Part shown: positions 47,695 to 53,467 of the stretch, one piece after another | Numbering within the stretch: position 1 is the stretch's first letter | How the letters are laid out: the number at the start of each line of letters is the position of its first letter | Assembly: GCA_001303545.1 (NCBI GenBank) | Contig: LJUA01000002.1 | Location: 1 to 53,467, forward strand | From: Dehalococcoidia bacterium SM23_28_2 | GTDB taxonomy: Bacteria; Chloroflexota; Dehalococcoidia; SM23-28-2 | Length of the DNA: 53,467 nucleotides | Reading direction: 5' to 3' | Notes under the pieces: model-generated | What the model was told of the DNA's origin: nothing | What the model saw: only the letters and a program-made list of their open reading frames with translations | Databases searched by the model: none | Program-made: the position numbers and the translations under genes

Positions 47695-48498
47695 ATGAAA
47701 AGAACGGTGCTGACCATCGCCGGCTCCGATTCCAGCGGCGGCGCTGGCATCCAGGCCGACCTCAAGACCTTCGCCGCCCTGGGCGTGTACGGGACCTGCG
47801 CCATAACCGCCGTCACCGCCCAGGATAGCAGGGGGGTGCAGGCCATCCACGAGCTTCCGCCGGAGCTGGTGGCCGCCCAGATCGATGCCGTCGTCGGGGA
47901 CATGGGCGTGGACGCTGTGAAGACGGGGATGCTGGCCAACGCCGGGATCGTTCGGGTGGTGGCGGAGAGAATGCGACGGCATGACCTGCCGAACCTGGTG
48001 ATCGATCCGGTGCTTGTCGCCAAGAGCGGCGACCGCCTGCTGAGGGAGGAGGCCGTGGACGTTCTCAGGGGAGAGCTGCTTCCCCTGTGTACCGTCGTCA
48101 CGCCCAACATACCCGAGGCGGAGGCGCTGGTGGGCCGTCGTCTGGAGACCGACGCGGATCTTCAACGGGCGGCGCAGGAGATAGCGGCGCTGGGGGCGAG
48201 GAGCGTGGTGATCACCGGCGGCCACGCCTCGGGGCCGGATGCGGTGGACCTGCTGTACGACGGCAAGAGCATTCGGCGCTTCTCGGCGCCGCGACTGGCC
48301 ACTCGCCACGGGCGTGGCACCGGCTGCACCTTCGCCTCCGCTATTACCGCCTGGCTGGCGCAGGGCGCGGCCATCGACGAGGCGGTGGCGCGGGCCAAGG
48401 AGTACGTGACGGCGGCTCTGGAGCATGCCCTCGCGTTGGGTAAGGGGCCGGGGCCGGTGCATCACTTCTACAGGTTGTGGGAGGGCGGCGATCGTTGA
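47695..48498 (+). CDS. thiD: Hydroxymethylpyrimidine/phosphomethylpyrimidine kinase
   Basis: [33 protein letters not shown]...VKTGML...TPN.PEA..L...[10 protein letters not shown]... Confidence 0.93.
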   Translation: MKRTVLTIAGSDSSGGAGIQADLKTFAALGVYGTCAITAVTAQDSRGVQAIHELPPELVAAQIDAVVGDMGVDAVKTGMLANAGIVRVVAERMRRHDLPNLVIDPVLVAKSGDRLLREEAVDVLRGELLPLCTVVTPNIPEAEALVGRRLETDADLQRAAQEIAALGARSVVITGGHASGPDAVDLLYDGKSIRRFSAPRLATRHGRGTGCTFASAITAWLAQGAAIDEAVARAKEYVTAALEHALALGKGPGPVHHFYRLWEGGDR

Positions 48499-48542
48499 CA
48501 TTTGTTCGCCTGCCTGCTAACCTGGAAGTGCCAATCGAATAA

Positions 48543-50079
<1,537 letters not shown>

Positions 50080-50100
50080 GGCTCGGCTGGAAGGAGAACC

Positions 50101-50895
50101 GTGGCCATGGAAGACTATCTGGAGATCGCTGGCAAGAAGTTCCGCTCGCGGCTGATGGCGGGCACCGGGAAGTACCGCAGCACGGAGGACATGCTGGCCG
50201 CCCTGGAGGCCTCAGGCACCGAGATCGTGACCGTGGCTATCCGCCGGCTGAACCTGGACAACCCCAAGGAGAAGACCCTCCTGGACCTCATCGACTGGAG
50301 CAAATACACCATCCTGCCCAATACCGCCGGTTGCCGGACGGTGGAGGACGCCCTGTTCACGGCCCGCCTGGCGCGGGAGGTCACCGGCTCCGACTGGATC
50401 AAGCTGGAGGTGATCCCCGACCCCAAGTACCTCCTCCCCGACGCGGCGGGCACGCTGGAGGCCGCCAAGGTGCTCGTCGGCGAGGGCTTCACCGTCCTGC
50501 CCTACATCCACGCCGACCCCATCCTCGCCCGCCGGCTGGAGGAAGTGGGCTGCGCCACCGTCATGCCCCTGGGCTCGCCCATCGGCTCCGGGCGGGGCAT
50601 TTTCACCCTGGAAGAGATCCAGATAATCGTGGAGGAGGCCAAGGTACCGGTGGTGGTCGACGCTGGCCTGGGGGTGCCCTCCGAGGCCTCGCTGTCCATG
50701 GAGATCGGGGCGGACGCCGTGCTGGTCAATACAGCCATCGCCGAGGCGGCGAACCCGGCCATGATGGCCGAGGCCTTCCGCCTGGGGGTGGAGGCCGGTC
50801 GACGCGCCTACCTGGCGGGGCGCATCCCCAAGAAGGCCTACGCCTCCGCCAGCAGCCCCATCGAGGGAGTGGCCCGGCCGGCCGCCGGTTCCTGA
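50101..50895 (+). CDS. thiG: Thiazole synthase ThiG
   Basis: ...[21 protein letters not shown]...ILPNTAGC.T...A...AR......WIKLEVI.D...LLPD...[14 protein letters not shown]... Confidence 0.93.
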   Translation: MAMEDYLEIAGKKFRSRLMAGTGKYRSTEDMLAALEASGTEIVTVAIRRLNLDNPKEKTLLDLIDWSKYTILPNTAGCRTVEDALFTARLAREVTGSDWIKLEVIPDPKYLLPDAAGTLEAAKVLVGEGFTVLPYIHADPILARRLEEVGCATVMPLGSPIGSGRGIFTLEEIQIIVEEAKVPVVVDAGLGVPSEASLSMEIGADAVLVNTAIAEAANPAMMAEAFRLGVEAGRRAYLAGRIPKKAYASASSPIEGVARPAAGS

Positions 50896-51545
50896 TGAGG
50901 CTGCCCATCCCCTGCCTGACGCTGATCACCGACCGCCGTCTGTGCGAAGGCCTATCGCTGGAGGAGGCGGTGGCGCAAGCGGTCGACGGCGGCGTGAACG
51001 TGGTGCAGTTGCGGGAGAAGGACCTGACGGCGGCCCAGCTCATCCCTCTGGCCGACCGTCTGCGGGCGATAACGGAGGACAAGGCTCTGCTGATCGTGAA
51101 CACTCATCTCGATGTGGCCCTGGTCTGCGCCGCCGATGGCGTTCATCTGCCGGAGAGGGGCCCGTCGGTGGCCGCGATGCGCCGGCTGGCGGGCGATGGC
51201 TTCATCATAGGGCGCTCCGTGCACAGCGCGGAGGAGGCGGTGAGGGCCGAGGAGGAAGGCGCGGACTACGTGCAGGTGGGGGCCATCTTTCCTACCCGCT
51301 CCCATCGAGGCCTGCCTGCCGCCGGCCTGGCGCTTCTGAAGAGCGTGGCCGCGATGCTGGCGATCCCCATCGTGGCCGTGGGGGGCATCACCGCCGGGAA
51401 CGTGGAGCAGGTGATGCGAGCGGGCGCCGAGGGCGCCGCCGTCATCTCCGCCATCCTCGATTCGTCCTCGCCGGGGGCGGCGGCCCGACGGCTGGCCGAA
51501 GCGGTGTCCGAGGCGGCGGTGCCTGCGCGGAGGAGGAGGGCGTGA
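50895..51545 (+). CDS. thiE: Thiamine-phosphate synthase ThiE
   Basis: The ATG overlaps the thiG stop (TGATG). Sequence is [16 protein letters not shown]...VNVVQLREKDL...LIVNTHLDVALVCAADGVHL...YVQVGAIFPT.SH...PIVAVGGIT.... It is the C-terminal part of track ORF 50076..51545. Confidence 0.9.
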   Translation: MRLPIPCLTLITDRRLCEGLSLEEAVAQAVDGGVNVVQLREKDLTAAQLIPLADRLRAITEDKALLIVNTHLDVALVCAADGVHLPERGPSVAAMRRLAGDGFIIGRSVHSAEEAVRAEEEGADYVQVGAIFPTRSHRGLPAAGLALLKSVAAMLAIPIVAVGGITAGNVEQVMRAGAEGAAVISAILDSSSPGAAARRLAEAVSEAAVPARRRRA

Positions 51546-51742
51546 TCACCGTCACCGTCAACGGCGAGAAGCGAGAGGCGGAGGGCCCCACTGAGCTCAT
51601 CGCTTTTCTGGAGACCCTGGGAATCAATGTCCGCCATGTGGCCGTGGCCCACAACGGGACCGTGCTCCAGCGCCAGAGGTGGCCGGAGGTTGTCCTTCAG
51701 GACGGCGACGTCTTGGAGGTCGTGCGCATGGTAGGCGGGGGC
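51542..51742 (+). CDS. thiS: Sulfur-carrier protein ThiS domain (67 codons ending VGGG). No stop codon follows, and the frame stays open into the next gene.
   Basis: The GTG overlaps the thiE stop (GTGA). Sequence is VITVTVNGEKREAEGPTELIAFLETLGINVRHVAVAHNGTVLQRQRWPEVVLQDGDVLEVVRMVGGG. Codons 51743-51775 (AQARTRKEPLV) continue in frame to ATG 51776. Checked codon by codon. Confidence 0.8.
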
Positions 51743-51775
51743 GCTCAAGCCAGGACGAGAAAGGAGCCTTTAGTC

Positions 51776-52288
51776 ATGGACGCTCTGCTTCTCTTGCTCG
51801 CCTTCGGCGCCGGAATAGCTGCTGCTATCCAGATACTGGTCAACGGTGCCTTGGGGGAGGAGCGGGGCGTACCGGAGGCGCTGATGGTGTCCGTGACGGT
51901 GACCTACGGCTCCGTCGTGCTGTTCATGCTGGTCCGCTTCGCCTTTATGGGTGAGCTGAACCTGAACACCCCAGGCAGGCCACTGTTCTACCTGCTGCCG
52001 CTGGCGTTCGTCGCCCTGCTCGCCTTCCTGGGCTTGATGGGCGGCCTGCAGTGGTACTACTTCCTGGGCGGCCTGGCTGGCGCGCTCATCGTCTCTACGC
52101 TGGCCTTTGCGGGTCCCCGTATCGGCATCGCGACCAGCAGCGCCGCCCTCATCGCCGGGCAGATGGCCGGCGCCATCCTGTGGGACCACCTGGGGCTCCT
52201 GGCCCAACCCAAGGACCCCATCGATGCCCTCAAGGTTATCGGCGCGCTCCTCATCGTCGGCGGTGTCGTACTCGTGCGGGGGGTGTGA
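51776..52288 (+). CDS. DUF606/YdcZ-like small membrane protein (DMT-superfamily half-transporter), 170 aa
   Basis: ATG 51776 is preceded by AAAGGAG at 9 nt. MDALLLLLAFGAGIAAAIQILVNGALG...LAGALIVSTLAFAGPRIGIATSSAALIAGQMAGAILWDHLGLL...LIVGGVVLV has about 5 TM segments. The stop overlaps the thiO ATG (TGATG). Confidence 0.7.
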   Translation: MDALLLLLAFGAGIAAAIQILVNGALGEERGVPEALMVSVTVTYGSVVLFMLVRFAFMGELNLNTPGRPLFYLLPLAFVALLAFLGLMGGLQWYYFLGGLAGALIVSTLAFAGPRIGIATSSAALIAGQMAGAILWDHLGLLAQPKDPIDALKVIGALLIVGGVVLVRGV

Positions 52289-53397
52289 TGGCAGACGTGG
52301 TTATCGTTGGCGGCGGGGTCATCGGCTGCTCCATCGCCTATCATCTAGCCGAGGCTGGCGTCCCGGTGACCATCCTCGAGCGAGGGGAGATCGGCGGCGA
52401 GGCATCGGGGGCCTCGGCGGGCATCCTGGCCCCTGTAGAGGTGTCCCCGGGGCCGGACGCTCTCCACGAGCTCTACCTGGCCAGTCTGCGGCTGTTTCCA
52501 TCCCTGGCGGACAGGCTGCCGGAGGAGACGGGGATCGACATCGAGTACCTGCGATCGGGCGTCCTGCGGCTGGCCCTCAGCGACGCGGATGTCGACGAGC
52601 TGCGGGCCCTCGCGGAACGCGAACCGCTGGGGCAAGGGATGGAGCGGGTGGATCGAGACGCGTTGCGCCGCCTGGAGCCGCGGCTGGCATCGACTTGCGG
52701 CGGCGTGCACTTTCCCGACCTCTGCCAGGTGAACCCCCATCGGCTGGCTCAGGCCCTGGCCCAGGCGGCGGTCGCCCGCGGCGCGGCGCTACGCCAGGGC
52801 GTGACCGTGAGGGGGTTCGTGACCAGCAGTGCGCGGGTGACCGGCGTGCGCACCAGCGAGGGCAGGGTGACGGCCGGGCAGGTGGTTATCGCCGCCGGCT
52901 CCTGGACGGCGGCCCTCGGCCGCCGATTGGGTGCGAACCTGCCGGTGAGGCCCATGCGAGGGCAGATGCTGGCCTTCCCCAACTTCTCCTCGCCGATAAG
53001 GCACATCGTCTTCTGGCACGATGCCTACCTGGTGCCCAAGGCCAACGGCTTTATCTTCGCTGGCTCGACGGTGGAGGATGTGGGCTTCCGCAGGAACACC
53101 ACGGCGAAGGGCCTGGCCGGCCTGCGGAGAATGGCCGCCACGCTGGTGCCCAGCCTGGCCTACTCTGAGGTGTCCTCCGACTGGGCTGGCCTGCGGCCGG
53201 GCTCTCCGGATGGGCTGCCCATGCTTGGGCCGGTCCCCGGCTGGGAAGGGCTGAGCGTGGCCAGCGGCCACTTCCGCAAGGGGATCCTGCTGGCGCCGAT
53301 CACCGGTCGACTGATGGCCCAATTGCTGACGGAAGGCAGAATGGAGGTCTCTCTGGGGCCGTTCAGCCCGTCGCGGTTCGCCGCCGGTGCTCGCTGA
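52288..53397 (+). CDS. thiO: Glycine oxidase ThiO (FAD-dependent)
   Basis: MADVVIVGGGVIGCSIAYHLAEAGVPVTILERGEIGGEASGASAGIL...GHFRKGILLAPITG.... It is the C-terminal part of track ORF 52051..53397. Confidence 0.85.
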   Translation: MADVVIVGGGVIGCSIAYHLAEAGVPVTILERGEIGGEASGASAGILAPVEVSPGPDALHELYLASLRLFPSLADRLPEETGIDIEYLRSGVLRLALSDADVDELRALAEREPLGQGMERVDRDALRRLEPRLASTCGGVHFPDLCQVNPHRLAQALAQAAVARGAALRQGVTVRGFVTSSARVTGVRTSEGRVTAGQVVIAAGSWTAALGRRLGANLPVRPMRGQMLAFPNFSSPIRHIVFWHDAYLVPKANGFIFAGSTVEDVGFRRNTTAKGLAGLRRMAATLVPSLAYSEVSSDWAGLRPGSPDGLPMLGPVPGWEGLSVASGHFRKGILLAPITGRLMAQLLTEGRMEVSLGPFSPSRFAAGAR

Positions 53398-53467
53398 TCC
53401 TTTCGGCTAACCGCCGCGCCGCCTCGCGCACGTCGGCCGCGGCGACCACCGCCCCGATTACCGCCAC

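Noticed and set aside
53398-53467. A possible 3' end of a minus-strand CDS converging on thiO. The reverse frame reads VAVIGAVVAAADVREAARRLAERISEHRRRTATG*, with its stop inside the thiO 3' end.
   Set aside because: Only about 23 codons lie outside thiO and no motif is recognisable, so this cannot be separated from a chance open frame in GC-rich DNA without the downstream sequence.

Overview
High-GC (roughly 60%+ by eye) bacterial chromosomal segment. All product calls come from motifs I recognise in the translations, since no database search was possible. Gene content and signals (GAAC-N4-GTTC LexA box, RND pump without periplasmic adaptor or outer-membrane partner, Tat-lipoprotein solute receptor) fit a monoderm-like, possibly Chloroflexota-type organism; this is inference only.

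Layout:
- 1-12.4 kb (+): spc/alpha ribosomal-protein cluster, running rplN-rplX-rplE-rpsZ-rpsH-rplF-rplR-rpsE-rpmD-rplO-secY-adk-map-infA-rpmJ-rpsM-rpsK-rpsD-rpoA-rplQ-truA-rplM-rpsI.
- 12.4-21.1 kb (-): one tightly packed eight-gene string behind a SAM-I riboswitch. It holds mtnA, mtnP, a GNAT gene, ahcY and metK, then a sugar-nucleotidyltransferase, a phosphohexomutase and PGI/PMI.
- 21.2-31 kb: mixed housekeeping and accessory genes. These are a lipoprotein, an M20 amidohydrolase, plsX, trxA, tRNA-Sec, a LarA-like protein, a GGDEF protein, holA, lexA with its SOS box, and an FAH-family gene.
- 31-36 kb (-): marR-RND efflux, followed by a DUF3870 gene and a small-ORF pair.
- 36-40.3 kb (+): peptide/nickel-type ABC permeases and solute receptor, with no ATPase genes.
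- 40.3-47.6 kb: SDR, cobO, rhomboid, an RRM/zinc-ribbon small-protein cluster, sppA, an HTH regulator, an AT-rich island, an ECF sigma factor, a sirtuin and yjbQ.
- 47.7-53.4 kb (+): thiamine cluster, thiD then a TPP riboswitch followed by thiC-thiG-thiE-thiS-DUF606-thiO.

No CRISPR arrays, transposases, integrases or rRNA genes were seen.

Most notable observations:
1. thiS has no stop codon after its GG terminus and reads in frame into a DUF606 membrane protein.
2. A consensus promoter, a ~170-nt multi-hairpin RNA and an intrinsic terminator lie upstream of a small zinc-ribbon gene. I could not assign the RNA to any class.
3. rplN and metK each carry an internal deletion plus frameshift.
4. 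A SAM-I riboswitch heads an unusually long operon that contains an uncharacterised GNAT gene.
5. selC (tRNA-Sec) is present, but no selenoprotein gene is visible in the window.
6. Repetitive acidic C-terminal tails occur on proteins of the ribosomal/RNA-polymerase cluster.
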